A stretch of DNA of 64,000 nucleotides from Hemiscyllium ocellatum (lineage: Eukaryota). A model generated the notes under the pieces. It was not told the origin of the DNA. It worked only from the letters and a program-made list of their open reading frames with translations, and made no database searches. The translations under genes and the position numbers were made by a program. This document shows, in pieces, positions 1 through 13,188 of this stretch; position 1 is the stretch's first letter, and every line of letters begins with the position of its first letter. Location: NCBI RefSeq assembly GCF_020745735.1, contig NW_026867467.1, positions 910,200-974,199 of the forward strand, read 5' to 3'.

Positions 1-1611
1 ATCTCTTTAGTGCTGTCCATAGGATAGCCGTACTCCTGCCACTGTGCAAATGCATATTGATATCTGCCTTTAAAAACAATCTGAATCTATGGTCACATAC
101 TGGTGTAGGAACTGAGTGGGGCCCAGAACAGAATGAGCAACTCTTCAACTGCTGCAAACCAATGTGGGCAGCTTTTCAAACTGTCATTATCACAAGGGTG
201 TTTTTGGTGCTATATTCACTATTCAGAATAACAATTAATTTTCCTGTTCGTGCAGCATTTCTCTCTATTACTTTACATAACAGTGTGCTGTGTGTATGTG
301 CATGTAGTTCGTTTCTATTTATTCCTGTTCCTCAATGGCTTTGAAATTGTTGCTGTATAGGATCAAAGGTAAAGTAATGTCTCCACAAGGATATTGTTGC
401 TGGTTTCCCTCTGAGACCAGTGCAGAACTTTACCAGTTCATTGTCGGCCTGATACATTATAGTGAAGTTTCACCTCTGTCAGCTGGTACAACATGGACAT
501 TTGAGTATTGATGAAAATAAAGTGTTTTTTTATTGAAGTCTTTAGTATTGTACTTATCAGGACACTCTCAAGAATACCAATGGTAAGGGAGAAAGCATTT
601 AATCTGTCTGGGTAATGAGTGCTGATTGGTAAAGGCATGGAGAATGGACCAGGTGATGATTGGCAGTTAACTGACAATGCTTGTTGTGATTTGACTAAAT
701 TGGTGATGGCCATTCTCGGACTCATTTGGCAGGGCAATGCCTTGACCACTCAGGCAACCTGCCAATTGCAAACTTAACAAAGTTTAGCTGTTAACTGTCC
801 GTCACCATCTGACCAGTCCATTTCCACTGGGGACATCTCGATCAATCATTGTGCACTTTCCAAAGCATCAGAACTTGTTCAGTGTAAAATGTTGTTTCCC
901 TTAATATCAAAATCCTTGCAGCTATCCTGATGTATGCAAGACAAAAAAAAAGAGCATGTCCTATTTTATATCAATATCCAATTTCTATATTTGCAAACAA
1001 CCGTTTGAATATGGGAACCTTTTGTTAATGGAGTATCCAACATCCAGTTGATATAATTAAAATGGAATCTAGTTTTCGAATTTGAAAAGATTTAACCCCC
1101 TGACAAGCCCACTTTGAACATGCAGATCCTTTTTGAATATTGTATCAGTCTGGCTGTTGAAAGACAGCTTTGGAAAGTTGTTTATTTCTGTCAACTTCTA
1201 TTAAAGGAATTGCTGAAACGGTGGATAATGCATTCTATTGCATTTACAAAACTGAGATATCTTGTGAAATCAGGAGATGTGCACAGTGCCAATAAAAATC
1301 CCATTTAATGCTGGCCTGGACAAGACTGGTAAACTTAAACTTGTACTTATAGAGAAAGGACTGAGATCTTAACTGGCTCATTATCATCGAATGTATTGAG
1401 TTTAAACTTATGTCTATCTCTAAATTCTTCAAGGCCTTGATCCACGCTGTCTCTTGTACCCCTTATATACACACTCTGTTCTTTGGTTCTCTGATTGCTT
1501 TATATCTTTTTGTCCAGGAGTATGGTCAAGCCCCCTTAATTAGCTGTACTTTACTGATAAACTTCCTTACATGCCCTCTGGTACTCATTCTCACTCGAAT
1601 GCTGAATATAG

Positions 1612-2343
1612 GGTTAAAGGCAGGATTCTTGGCGGTGTGGAGGAACAGAGGGATCTGGGTGTGCAAGTACATAGATCCCTCAAAGTTGCCACCCAAGTGG
1701 ATAGGGTTGTGATGAAAGCATATGGTGTTTAGGCTTTCATTTACAGTGGAATCGAGTTTGAGAGCAGCGAGGTTTTGCTACAGCTCTACAAGTCCCTGGT
1801 GAGACCACACCTGGAATATTGTGTCCAGTTCTGGTCACCCTGCTATAAGAAATAGATAGAGGCTTTGGAGAGGGTGCAAAGAAGGTTTGCCAGGATGCTG
1901 CCTGAACTGGAGGGCTTGCCTTATGAAGAAAGGTTGAATAAGCTCAGACTTTTCTCTCTGGAGAAGAAAGAAGAGAGGAGACCTGATTGAGGTACACAAA
2001 ATAATGAGAGGAATAGATAAAGTCAATAGCTAGAGACTTTTCCCCAGGGCAGGATTGACTGGTACGAGGGGGGTCATAGTTTTAAGATATTAGGAGAAAG
2101 GTATAGAGGAGATATTAGAGTAGGTTCTTTACACAGAGAGTTGTGAATGCATGGAATACATTGCCAGCGGTGGTGGTGGAAGCAGAGTCATTAGGGACAT
2201 TTAAGTGACTGCTGGACATGCACATGTTTAGCAGTGAGTTGAGGGGTGTGGAGGTTGTTATATTTTACATTAGGATTAGACCTCGGCACACTGTTGTGGG
2301 CCAAAGGGCCTGTTCTGTGTTGTATCTTTCTATGTTCTATGTT
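1612..2343 (+). mobile_element. CR1/HER1-type LINE 3' fragment
   Basis: Translates to CR1 ORF2 C-terminus (EEQRDLGVQV...LYKSLVRPHLEYCVQFWSP...ERVQRRF); ends in TTCTATG repeat tail. Confidence 0.88.
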
Positions 2344-3399
2344 AAAGCATCTCATAAATGTGAGTATTAATATCCACTTTGGCAGATTTAATTGATTTTC
2401 ATTGGAATGTATCTGCCAAACCTTTAGCAAAACTGAATCAGCAAACAGCTTCAAACTGTGCACACGTCCAACTCAAAACATTGCTGCTCCTCATTAACTT
2501 TTACAAATGCACTGCTCCATTCCAAATAGCGGACCACCCGTTCCCATTCATAGAAATGTGTTTCTGACGGATGGAAGTGGTTGTTTCTGTACTTCTGCCA
2601 TTTTTATTGAACTCATCTCAAGTTACACTTTAGAATTTGATGGTCAGGCCAAGACTGTTTGTGTTAAGCTTTAACAATTTTGACCAGGTTGCCAGCTCTT
2701 CATGTTCTTGAATATTGGAATGGGACTGGGTTCTATCAGCCCTCTAGGGACAGGCTGCAAGGTCATTAGGTGGATAATAGGGTGGAAGATGATAAGGGAA
2801 GGAAGGAGTTTCCACCTCCGTAGTATGTTATTGATCCCAAATTCGGGAAAGGATGACCACTCAGGTGGTCAATGTAGAGTGTGTTCCAGCCAATGCTGGC
2901 AGTTTATTAGCAGTAAGGTCCTCCATTGTGTGGGAGACCTCCCCCTGCATCCTAGTGACACACCTGGAGGATGTCCCTCCTAATGAAGTACCTTGTGGCT
3001 CACAACAGGTTATCCCATCTGCACACTGGAACAGTCTCCTGTCCATAGTCGCGATCACTACGGGAACTGGAAATCAGAGTAAGTGAGTGAAAGAAGCCGT
3101 GAGGGCTAGAGTGTTCACAACATTCCCAGGACCAGGTTGGCAGCTCCTACTGAGGCCATTAATAAGTCATTAAGATCCCCCAATTGGTGCAAGGACGATG
3201 GGTTAGTCCTACTCCTAGTAAGAGGACTGTGATTCCTGCTGTTTCAGTGCTATCAAGCAAATCGTGAAGTGTGGCCATGTGATAAAATCATTTACATTCA
3301 GTGCTGGATACTTGAGACTTTTTGTGAGAAACTTTATAACTCTTCTAAATATTCTTAATGCACTTTTTGTTTCATGCAATGGTGATTTTCTACATAGGA

Positions 3400-3930
3400 T
3401 TACAGAGGAAAAACAGACCATTTGGCACAACCAGTTTATGCCAGTGCTTATGTTCTACTCAAGGTGTTTCACATCTTTCCTCATCTAAATCGCCTGTTGC
3501 AATTCTCTATTCCCATCCCTTCCTAGTGCTCGCCTAGTTTCCTTGAAATACATCTAAACTATTGATTTCAACTATTCCGTCTGGTCACATATTCCCCATT
3601 CTCATCATTCTTTCAGTGAAGAGGTTTCCTCTGAATTCCCTTTTGGACTTCTTGAGGTACCGTCTTATATTGACAGCCTCGAGTTATATTCTATCCCACA
3701 GTGAAACGTTTTCTTTATACCTTCTCTTTTCAAAACCTTTCTTAATTTTTGAACTGTCAGCCTTCTTTTCAAGAGAGAAGTGAACAGCACAACAATTCTT
3801 CCTTGATATACACAACCAGAAACTTGTGGAGCATTCTCATAAATCATCTCTTTACTCTCTGTCATACATTTTATAATATGTCAACTCGAACTGCAAACAA
3901 TACTCTTAATTATAGTCAACCAAATTTTTA
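3400..3930 (-). mobile_element. Degraded CR1-type LINE 3' fragment
   Basis: Weak similarity to the reverse complement of other CR1 tails in the window. Confidence 0.45.
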
Positions 3931-4110
3931 TAGTGACCCTACTTTCAAATCTATCCCTTTAGAGATAAAACTTGGTACTTTGTTTGCATTTTTATGGCCT
4001 TTGGAACCTGTGGTGAAATTGTTAGTGACTGATGTAATTGTCTGAAATCCCTTTGTTTGTCTCCCTCACTTAGACGTGCATCTTTGAATAAGTGCCCTGC
4101 ACATTATTCC

Positions 4111-4798
4111 AAGGCCCCAAGGGATCCTTCCATATCCACCACAAATTCACCTGCACCTCCACACACATCATCTATTGCATCCGCTGCACCCGATGTGGCC
4201 TCCTCTATATTGGGGAGACGGGCCACCTACTTGCGGAACATTTCAGAGAACACCTCTGGGACACCGGACCAACCAACCCAACCACCCCGTGGCTCAACAC
4301 TTTAACTCCCCCTCCCACTCCACCAAGGACATGGAGGTCCTTGGACTCCTCCATCGCCAGACCATAACAACACGACGGTTGGAGGAAGAGCACCTCATTT
4401 TCCGCCTGGGAACCCTCCAACCACAAGGGATGAACTCAGATTTCTCCAGTTTCCTCATTTCCCCTCCCCCCACTTTGTCTCAGTCGAATCCCTCAAACTC
4501 AGCACCCCCTTCCTAACCTGCAATCTTCTTCCTAACCTCTCCGCCCCCACCCCACTCTGGCCTATCACCCTCACCTTGACATCCTTCCACCTATCATATC
4601 TCCATCACCGCTCCCCCAAGTCCCTCCTTCCTACCTTTTATCTTAGCCTGCTGGATACACTTTCCTCATTCCTGATGAAGGGCTTATGCCCGAAACGTCG
4701 AATTTCCTGTTCCTTGGTTGCTGCCTGACCTTTTGCGCTTTTCCAGCAACACATTTTTTTCTCTGATACTCCAGCATCTGCAGATCTCACTTTCGCCT
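4111..4798 (+). mobile_element. Penelope-like element, 3' fragment (GIY-YIG endonuclease plus pseudo-LTR), 13-bp TSD
   Basis: HIIYCIRCTRCGLLYIGETG...RRLEEEHLI GIY-YIG motifs; TGCACATTATTCC at 4098-4110 and 4799-4811; near-identical to the 3' part of 54545-56978. Confidence 0.9.
4668..4703 (+). ncRNA. Minimal type-I hammerhead ribozyme motif (family 1), intact core
   Basis: ATTC-CTGATGA-A-GGGC-TTAT-GCCC-GAAAC-GTC^GAAT: stem I ATTC/GAAT, stem II GGGC/GCCC, loopless palindromic stem III (ACGT), GUC cleavage triplet. Confidence 0.8.
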
Positions 4799-5384
4799 TG
4801 CACATTATTCCTACCAAGATGTAATACCTTACCTTTATCTGTGTGGATCTTCATTTGCTAATTATTTGAACATACCGTAAATTAATTAATGATCTCTTGC
4901 AACTTCTTGTAGTCCTCAGAATTGGCTACATTTCAACATTCCTTTCCAATTTCATGTCATTGTATTGCTAATTTTTTTTTGTCGTAATTAGATGCAATAT
5001 TTAATTTGCAGTTTTACTTTATTTTGTTTTGAATTTTTAGAGAGGTGCAGTAATCCACACATTAACTACAACAACTAAATGTAGAATGACAGATAGATGA
5101 AAATTATTACAAACACAGGACTAATTAATAGACTCTATTAACTTCACGGTCAAAACAGGGAATTATTTTTTACACGAATGATATGGTGCACTATCTGTGG
5201 TACAATAACTTTTTGTCCATTTTTTTGTTGTAGTTTATTTTCCAGGTCTTTCCATACACACCATAAATTGAAAAGGCACCCATCCTCCATTTTAAACTAA
5301 ATGATAATGAAAAAAACAACATTATATTAAATGCAACATGATTTATGAAGCCAATCCTTTAGGCTTATACATATTCACAGCCAT

Positions 5385-5845
5385 GTCGAGTTATATAGGG
5401 AGAGGCTGAATAGGCTGGGGTTGATTTCTCTGGAGCGTTGGAAGCTGAGGGGTGACTTTATAAAGGCTTATAAAATCATCAGAGGCATGGATACCGTGAA
5501 TAGGCAAGGTTTTTTCCCTGAGATGGGTGGAGTCTCATCTAAACCTACACTCATGAGTCTAGGTTTAGAGTGAGAGGGGGAAAAGTTGAAAGTACCTAAG
5601 GAGTAACTTTTTCATGCAGAGGGTGGTGTGTATGGAATGAACTGCCAGAGGAAGTGGTGGAGGCTGGTGCAATTTCAACATTTAAAAGGCATCTGAGTGT
5701 GTATAAGAATAGGAAGGGTTTAGAGAGATATGGGCCAAGTACTGGCAAATGGGACTAGATTAGTTTAGGATATCTGGTCAGCATGGGCAAGTGAGACTGA
5801 AAGATCTGTTTCCAAGTTGTACATCTCTATGACTCTGTGATCTAC
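5385..5845 (+). mobile_element. CR1-type LINE 3' fragment
   Basis: YRERLNRLGL.SLE.. motif and CR1 3' UTR ending in TCTATGACTCTG. Confidence 0.8.
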
Positions 5846-5869
5846 CCCTTTGCTCTTAATGTACTAGTC

Positions 5870-6680
5870 GAATCTCTTTGGATTATCTTGAACATTATCT
5901 GCCAAGGCTATCTCATTTTCCTTTCTTGCCCTCCTCATTTCCCTCTTTAGAATGTCCCTGCCCCTCTTTTACACTTCGAGATTCACTGAATCTCACTTAT
6001 CTATATCTAATATATGATTCATTCTTAATCTGAACCAGAGCCTCAATATCTTTATTCCTCCAGTGTTCCCTCCTCTTACCAGCCTTATCTTCACACTAAC
6101 AGGAACATCATACCTCCGTACTCTCGTTATCTCACTTCTGAAAGCTTCACTCTTGCCGGCCGTCCCTTGAGCTGCAAACAGTCTACTCCAATCAACTCTT
6201 GAAAGTTTTTGTCTCATACTATCAAAATTTGCCCTAGTTCAATTAAGAACTTTAACTTACATATAATGCCAATCCTTTCCATAGATATTTTAAACTAATC
6301 GAAACATGACCCGGGCCCCAAAAAGCTCCCCTACTAACCATTCAGTCACTTGTCCTGCCTTATATCACAAGAGTAGGTCAGGTTTGCTCCTTCTGTGAGA
6401 GTTACATCTGCATATTAATGAAGAAAATTGACTTTAGCACTTACCAAATTCCACACCATCCAAGCTCTTAAGATCATGACTGTTCCACTTTATGTTAGGA
6501 AGGTTAAAATTTGCGATTATTGCAATCCTATTATTCTTACATATAAATAAGATCTCTCCACATATTCATTACTCAATTTCACTCTGACTACTGGGGGGAC
6601 TATTACAATTGCATCAAAGTAACCATACCCTTCTTATTTATGAGTTCCATCCACATAGCTTCAGTGGACCATCCCTCAGG
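5870..6680 (-). mobile_element. CR1-type LINE ORF2 fragment (endonuclease end / linker)
   Basis: ORF 5993-6217 (RQKLSRVDWSRLF...SEAFRSEI) plus degraded YRPP and NFN motifs. Confidence 0.7.
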
Positions 6681-7299
6681 AATACCTTGTGTTAGAACAG
6701 CAGTAATGTATCACCACAAGAAAAAATGGCTCCAATCTCCTTCTAGCTCTTCCTACTTCTGCCGTACCTTTGATGGTGGGAGGGGCTTTGAACATAAATT
6801 ATTCAATTTACTGGTGATGGTTAGTAGCAGAAAATAAAGAGACTGTGGGGGACTTGGGTGATGGGAAATAAAAGGTTACATTGTGTGGAAGGAAAATTCT
6901 GGATATAAACAAGAATTTTAAAAAATGAACTCCACTCTGTCTGCCCAGCTCTTGCCTACACCTCTGTACCCCCAGAGTACTTTCCTTTTATTTTGATGAG
7001 TTCAAGTTAATCTCACCCGCTGTTTTGTACTTGCCAACCATTTGTTAACGGGTGTTTGCTGTTACAGAATGTAGGCTGCCTTACTGTGTACGTTCTCAGA
7101 GTTCAGTGTTTGGAGTCCTTGTTGTTTCAACCTGTGCTTTGGTCCATCATGCAAAATTACAGAAAAATATTAACAGCAATTTAAGGTAAAATGTTAGGAT
7201 ATTGGAAGAACAGCTAAGAGCATCAAGTTTGACAGAGGGGTTGTGGGAAAGGACATGGAAAGCAGCAGGGTTTCCAGAACTTCTGATCTTTGTCTTCTC

Positions 7300-7952
7300 T
7301 GATCGAAATCAACCTGTGATTGATCATTTTTGAGGATTGTTATTCATTAATATCGGTGTGTCAGATAGATCTCCGTCTCAGGAAGGGGTGACGTGCTTCT
7401 TTGTTTTGTGATGAACTCAGGGGAACATACAATAGTAAGGTGGTAAACCCAAAGGGGGTGAAGGAGCAGAGGATCCTCCATGTGTATGTGCACAAATCAG
7501 GGAATGTACCATGATACGTGGACAGAAGAGCAACTAATCCCTACTTCATCAATAACACCGTAGAGAACAAACACAAAGCAATTATGTTAATCTGAAATCA
7601 AACAGTCTCTTGTCTCACCTGGAATGTTGCATCTAGTTTCAGGAGCCACGTTTTTGAAAAAAGGCAAATTATGAGATTGGGTGTGTGACTGATTCACAAC
7701 ACTATTCCTGGGATGATACACCTCACCAACTCTGAGAAATTGAGAATGTTCTCATCTGCTGATAGTTTCCAGACTCTGTGAATAGTTGCTATGATTGGTT
7801 CCCAACTCCGTCTTGCATCATATAGATCCCAATGGCTGAATATTTCAGGGACTCATGAGCTCTGACTTGCCTGATCAACATCGACCTCTGATTTATTATT
7901 TTTGAGGGTTGCTGTTCAGTAATATCCCTGTATCAGATAGATCCCAGTCTCA
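7300..7952. repeat. 81-bp imperfect direct repeat (7300-7380 and 7872-7952)
   Basis: Ungapped alignment by eye, about 80% identity. Confidence 0.7.
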
Positions 7953-8558
7953 TTCCCTGGGATTTGACAGGTGTGGTGTGTCAAATAGATCCCAGGAATA
8001 GTGCTCCATGAGATTTATGTGTGAGGAAAAACTCCAGTTCTGAGAATCTGCCCTTGGATTGTGCACGTGTTGTGTCTGACTACCTGACTGAACGTTGACA
8101 TTTTTGGCTGATGAATGTTTCGTTGGGCGCTTTAGGTGGTGAGTTATGCATTACTAACCCAGGCTGTCCGGACATTGGGAGTACATGTAGTTTAGACGGT
8201 GTAGAGTAAACTTTCAAACTCCTTTGCCTGCCTTTTATAGGCTTCTGGTGGAGCAAAGCTCCTCATTTGTATCATTACGTGACCCGAGGCCGTGACCTTT
8301 GGTGCATAAGAGGAAATGTTCTCTAATCATTCTGCCTCTGGAGTGTTCCATCAGGCATATCGTGTGAAAGATGCATTTACATTAGTGGGCGGCATGGCAG
8401 CGCAACATTAAACTAAATGACTGGATGAAACACAACCAAACAGAACAAGTGAAAGTATTTGGCTGGGAAAGGAGTAGGATGTGGGAAAATGTTTGATTAC
8501 TGGCTGGCCTTGAAGAAAGAATTAAGCAAACTCAAGGTTAGTGCATATTCATTCGAGA

Positions 8559-8564
8559 TTTATT
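8559..8564 (-). terminator. Candidate poly(A) signal for membrane IgM mRNA
   Basis: First AATAAA I found downstream of the TM2 stop (about 430 nt); not confirmed by transcript data. Confidence 0.5.
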
Positions 8565-8997
8565 AACCATTTCAGAAAGCATTTTTATCCAAAAAGCTGA
8601 TGTAAAAGCTAACAGAAGTGAATATAATGGCTGGATGCCACATTGAGATGAGAACACATGCGCTGTGAGGTGGGAATTTTCTGTACATCAGTAACAGAAC
8701 ATCAGTACATCAGGGAATACAAAGGCTCATCAGAAAGGGTAGGCAACCATTCTGAGTAAGGAACAAATAAAAACAAAACAAATGGGCTTCAAACAACAGG
8801 GAAGCTACAAATTCTTCCAACCACAACCATTTCAAAGATATAAAGTAAAAATGAAAATCCATCAATTATTGTCTCAGTTACACACTGATAAACTGAAGTG
8901 ATCTCACTGTGAGAGTCAGCAACAGGACAGATTGTAGATTGGGAATTCAGAGACCTTGATAAGCAGATCAGGAACATCAAAGGGGTCCACAACTCAT

Positions 8998-9006
8998 TCA
9001 CTTAAC
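8998..9006 (-). CDS. IGHM: IgM TM2 exon coding part (VK*), giving a KVK cytoplasmic tail
   Basis: Polypyrimidine acceptor TCTCTCTTTTCCAG then GTT AAG TGA. Confidence 0.92.
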   Translation of the reverse strand, partial: VK

Positions 9007-9145
9007 CTGGAAAAGAGAGATAAAGCAATGACACAGATATTTATGATCAGGGACTTTCAGATTTAATGTTTATTCAATGGCACACTTAGAAATTTCACAA
9101 AACATATTGGGCTGTTTGGCATGAGAAAGATGTGATTACTCTCAC

Positions 9146-9273
9146 CTTCACCAGAGTGACGGCAGCGCTGTAGAAAATACTCAGGAAGAACAAGGTGATG
9201 AACGTGGAAGCAGTTGTCCAGATGTTGCTGTTATCATCCTCATAGTCTTCAATCCAAGTGCGATCTATTGAAT
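9146..9273 (-). CDS. IGHM: IgM transmembrane exon TM1 (DSIDRTWIEDYEDDNSNIWTTASTFITLFFLSIFYSAAVTLVK)
   Basis: Acidic spacer plus conserved antigen-receptor TM motif (F..LF.LS.FYS..VTL.K); acceptor TTCATAG, donor GTGAGA. Confidence 0.96.
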
Positions 9274-10319
9274 CTATGAATATAAAGCCGAGAGAACGCA
9301 TTTAGATCGTTTATTGATCCAGATCGATCTATGTGTATCCAAGTCATGTAATTAGAGACCATTACATCTTCATAAAGCATTCAGGTATTTCTCAAGTGTG
9401 ACTCTTATCTGTATCCATCAGTGCATTATTGGCTCTCAGCAAGAAATTACAAATACTGACTGCACATGTTCTTTCTTCATTGTCCATGTCAGAATGTTTT
9501 AAATTAATTTTCTTTTAATCTATTATTTAAAGATATTATTATTTGAGGAATGCTTATTACGAATGATTATTTTAATTATATCATTATATTTTAAATATAG
9601 GCTGTGACAGCACTTTAGTTGAAAATTGTGGCCATCACTGAATAAAAGTTCAAATGTGATTCTCACCTTTATGTATTAGAGACCAATTGCTTGGCAAATC
9701 GTGAATATAAGTGACATCACAGTCAGGACATTGCTTCATATTTTTGTTTGTAGGATCTGTATATTTAGGAATAAGTTTTTGTACGTGTCCCTTAATTTAT
9801 TTGACCTACTGCTTGGTGTGTTTGGTTTCCCTTTAATGGTTGTGTATGTGGTTGAGTGCCTCTTACTTCACTCTAGCCCATGTTGGGGTCTGTGCATGAA
9901 TAAACATATTCCTGTTCCTTTACTGCTAGTGTTCTCATGTGTTTGTGCACCGAAATTTTGGTCTTTTCACATTGTGTAAGCATCATTATGCGAATATGCC
10001 ACTTCATTGTTGCCTATGCTTATCTTGAAATGTCTTTGTGAGTGTTCACTTTTCATTAGTGCTATCTAAAATGTGTGCTTATGTGTCTGTTTCAGGTCCT
10101 ACCTAAACTAGGTTATTTTCATGTTATGCTTAATAAATGTTAGCATGCAACGTCATGTTTTGATGGATGTTTATATTTATATGATGATGTCTGCTTGTGT
10201 GGCAATCTTTCCCAAACCATCTCCTGAGAAGCTTGTTTGTGTTAGTGTTTGTGGATGCTTGCTGATGCTTGTGCTCATTATCCTTATTTAATAAACGCCC
10301 CTCTATTTATTGATCTATG

Positions 10320-10870
10320 CACTTGTGTGTCTGCATGTGAGACTCGGAATTTGTGTGTACGTGTGACATTGTATACATGCTGATCAATGTGGTTTAAAAA
10401 TAACTAATTAAGCTGCCTCTGTCATCGTATGTTTGTGATTCTGAAAATGGGAAAATAATTATATTAATGTTTATCTCTGTGCACTTACGTGCCTGTTTGA
10501 GTTGACATGTGGGAGGACATTTTTTGGAATTTGTATCTGTGTGTTCATGCGTGTATGTCTGTACGCATTGTGCTGTATGAATGTATATGTATTCATGCCC
10601 ATTTGTGTGTTACCGTGTGTCTATATTTCTCATGGTTATGTGTGAGTACCTCTGATCATTTGTTCAAATAATTTTCTTTTGGTGTATGTGAGTTTTTGTA
10701 TGAGCTTAGGTGAGTGTTAAAGTACCACTTGCATGTGTGGCTCTGTGCGAGTATGCATGTGTGACATCTTATCTGTATGCACATTTGAGTGTGCACATCA
10801 ATATGTGTCTTTAGGTGAGAGCCCATATATGTGTCATTCCGTGTGTATTTGCGATCATCTCTCTGTATCT
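10320..10870. repeat. Degenerate TG-rich low-complexity tract in the CH4-TM1 intron
   Basis: Dense TGTG/TGTA/TGCA runs on the + strand. Confidence 0.5.
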
Positions 10871-11998
10871 GTTCTTATACCAGACTGCAATTTTTATTAT
10901 TCTAATTTATTGTTCTAATTTTAATGGATTGCCTATAATTAGATTTGACCTTGGTGTTGTAGGAAACATTTCCCATCGTCGTGAAGAGATAAGCGTTTTA
11001 TGAGCAACTCTTCTCTTGCAGTGATAGAATTTCTGTCTCTGAGAGAAAAGGCGTGAGTTCAAATCCCCACTGCCCCAGAGATAACATTTCTGAATATGTT
11101 TATTAGAAAATGTCTACTTGTGTTCTGTATGTGAAACAAAATGATATCAGGTATTCGAATACCAGAATTGATCCCATGTGCTCCAGATAACTGAGACAAA
11201 ACTACAGAATTCAAACCGGGACAATGCAAACACCAGTTTTGGATTAGGGGAATCAATGTTAATCATTTGTTAACAGAGCCCAAGCATGTCCAACATGTTT
11301 CAAAGGTATTATTTTGCATGGAAATGTTAAATCTTTGGACAGTAAGCAAGAAGCTGACTGTTCCTGTTAGTAACGGGGTTACGTTACAGAGGACATCTAC
11401 CATGAAAACTCTGCACAGGGAGCAAGAGGACAGACCATTCATCGTTCCCCTCCCCTCTGCTCCACGACAACTTATCTGTCGATTCTCTTTGGTGTGAAAG
11501 TGAAGCTACATTCTGTCAACTCATGCACTGGTGCAAGATCCCTGGCAGTTCCCCAGAAACAACGGTTACATTCAAACTGTTCTGCACTCTTTACGATTGG
11601 TATGTTCCAATCAAATTTAATTTTAAAGTGTTTTAAATTTACATTTCCAATTGGTGCAATGTGGCAGTTTAAAACTGACATGAATTTTATAAGAATGTCC
11701 AATCAGGGGAATCAAGAACACCAAGTTCAAAACTCATGCTCTACCCTGGACATAAAATGGACATTGTCAGATTTTGTCACAGAGGGATTTAGGATGGATA
11801 AGGTACTTGGCGGAATCCTGCAATGAGTGAGCTTTACTCTGTCTCTGACCCAGGGTGTATCTGAGCAGAGAACATTAACTGCACAAGACACTTATCCTAG
11901 ACCTGTTAATAACCCACTTTAACTACACAGATGGAATGTAAGTCAGAGTGAGAAACAACTCATTCAGTATTTAACTCACAACTGGAGGAAAAAGAAAC

Positions 11999-12004
11999 TT
12001 TATT
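11999..12004 (-). terminator. Poly(A) signal for secretory IgM mRNA
   Basis: AATAAA about 37 nt downstream of the secretory stop codon. Confidence 0.8.
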
Positions 12005-12040
12005 ACTTCTGTTGAATTATTAAATGCAACTTTGAGATTT

Positions 12041-12432
12041 TTATTGACATGAATTAACAGTGTCCATCAGTGCAAGTGAAATGTTTACGAAACTCGGTTT
12101 ACCGCTGGATTTATCGACTGTTCTGTTGATGATCTTCAATGGAATCGCTTCATGTCCCACCACACAGGAGTAAGAAGCACCGCTGGCCCACTCCTCCGCT
12201 GTAATGGATAACAGGCTGTACATGAAGAAGGAAGTGTTGTCACTCTCTGCCATCACCTCGGTGTTCTTGTAGTTACTGGGATTCACCGGCTTGTCATTGC
12301 TTGTCCACTTGACGAAGATCTCTCGGGGGGAGAAACCTCTCACTAAACAGGTGAGGGAGAGAAACCTCTGAGCGGAGATTTCTTCTGTTGGTGGCAGGAG
12401 GACCGACACTGATGGCTCCAGCGGATTAATCA
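12041..12432 (-). CDS. IGHM: IgM CH4 exon plus secretory tailpiece ([20 protein letters not shown])
   Basis: C1-set domain; internal donor AGC G|GTAAA at 12103/12102 for the membrane form; tailpiece with NIS sequon and penultimate Cys; TAA at 12041-12043. Confidence 0.97.
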
Positions 12433-12879
12433 CTGCAGAATATTTGAGACAAATATAAATCAATCAAAAACATCCTGAACCAATATCACAATTTGACTCA
12501 ATATTAAAATATGCCATTTTTAATTTGGGATTTATTCACTTTTGTTTTCTAAAAGAGTACACATTCTATTCAGTAAAAAAAGTAAAGTTTAATGTGAAAG
12601 TTGCCTCCATGTTTCCAACCCACAACAAGGGCATTCTGTCCAATTGTCATTGCTGATGGTGACATCACAACCCAGGCTTCTTCCCACCTTATCTGATTTA
12701 ATCAGAATACAATATCCTTTGGTCCATCTTTTTCTTAATCAGCTACTTAGGTATCCTGCCTTCAGATGCATCATAAATGCTCCCAACGGTGTTTGTTCAT
12801 TACCAATCAAAGCCTGCCATTGATGTAACTGGATCTGGATTACACATGGGATGCTTTGTGTTTTAATCTCACCGCTCAC

Positions 12880-13188
12880 CTTTCTCCTTGTGGATGGAGT
12901 CTCTCAGCGGAGTCGGTAGATTTTGATGGTTCACCACACATTCAAAAGTAACACCACTCAGCCAGGCTTCAGTAGAAATGTCTAATTTGCTGATCACGCT
13001 GTCGGGATTCTGTCCAGGCTGGTCAGCAATCTCTGAGCTCAGAGGCTTCTTATCTTGTTTCCAGGTCACGCTGACTCCAGGAAGAAAATTGGACACAACG
13101 CAGGTTAACGTCACCGTCGCTTCCAGTAAGACTTGTTCGATTGGCGGTGGGAGGATTTTAACGGTGTGAGGGTGGCACTCGGTATCTT
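12880..13188 (-). CDS. IGHM: IgM CH3 exon ([15 protein letters not shown]...LTC...W...FECVVNH...KEK)
   Basis: C1-set domain, 309 nt, acceptor TTTCATAG, donor GTGAGC. Confidence 0.96.

Noticed and set aside
1-4000. Short ORFs at the window start (57-344, 438-749, 2702-3086) as exons of a neighbouring gene
   Set aside because: No recognisable domain, codon bias or consistent splice pattern
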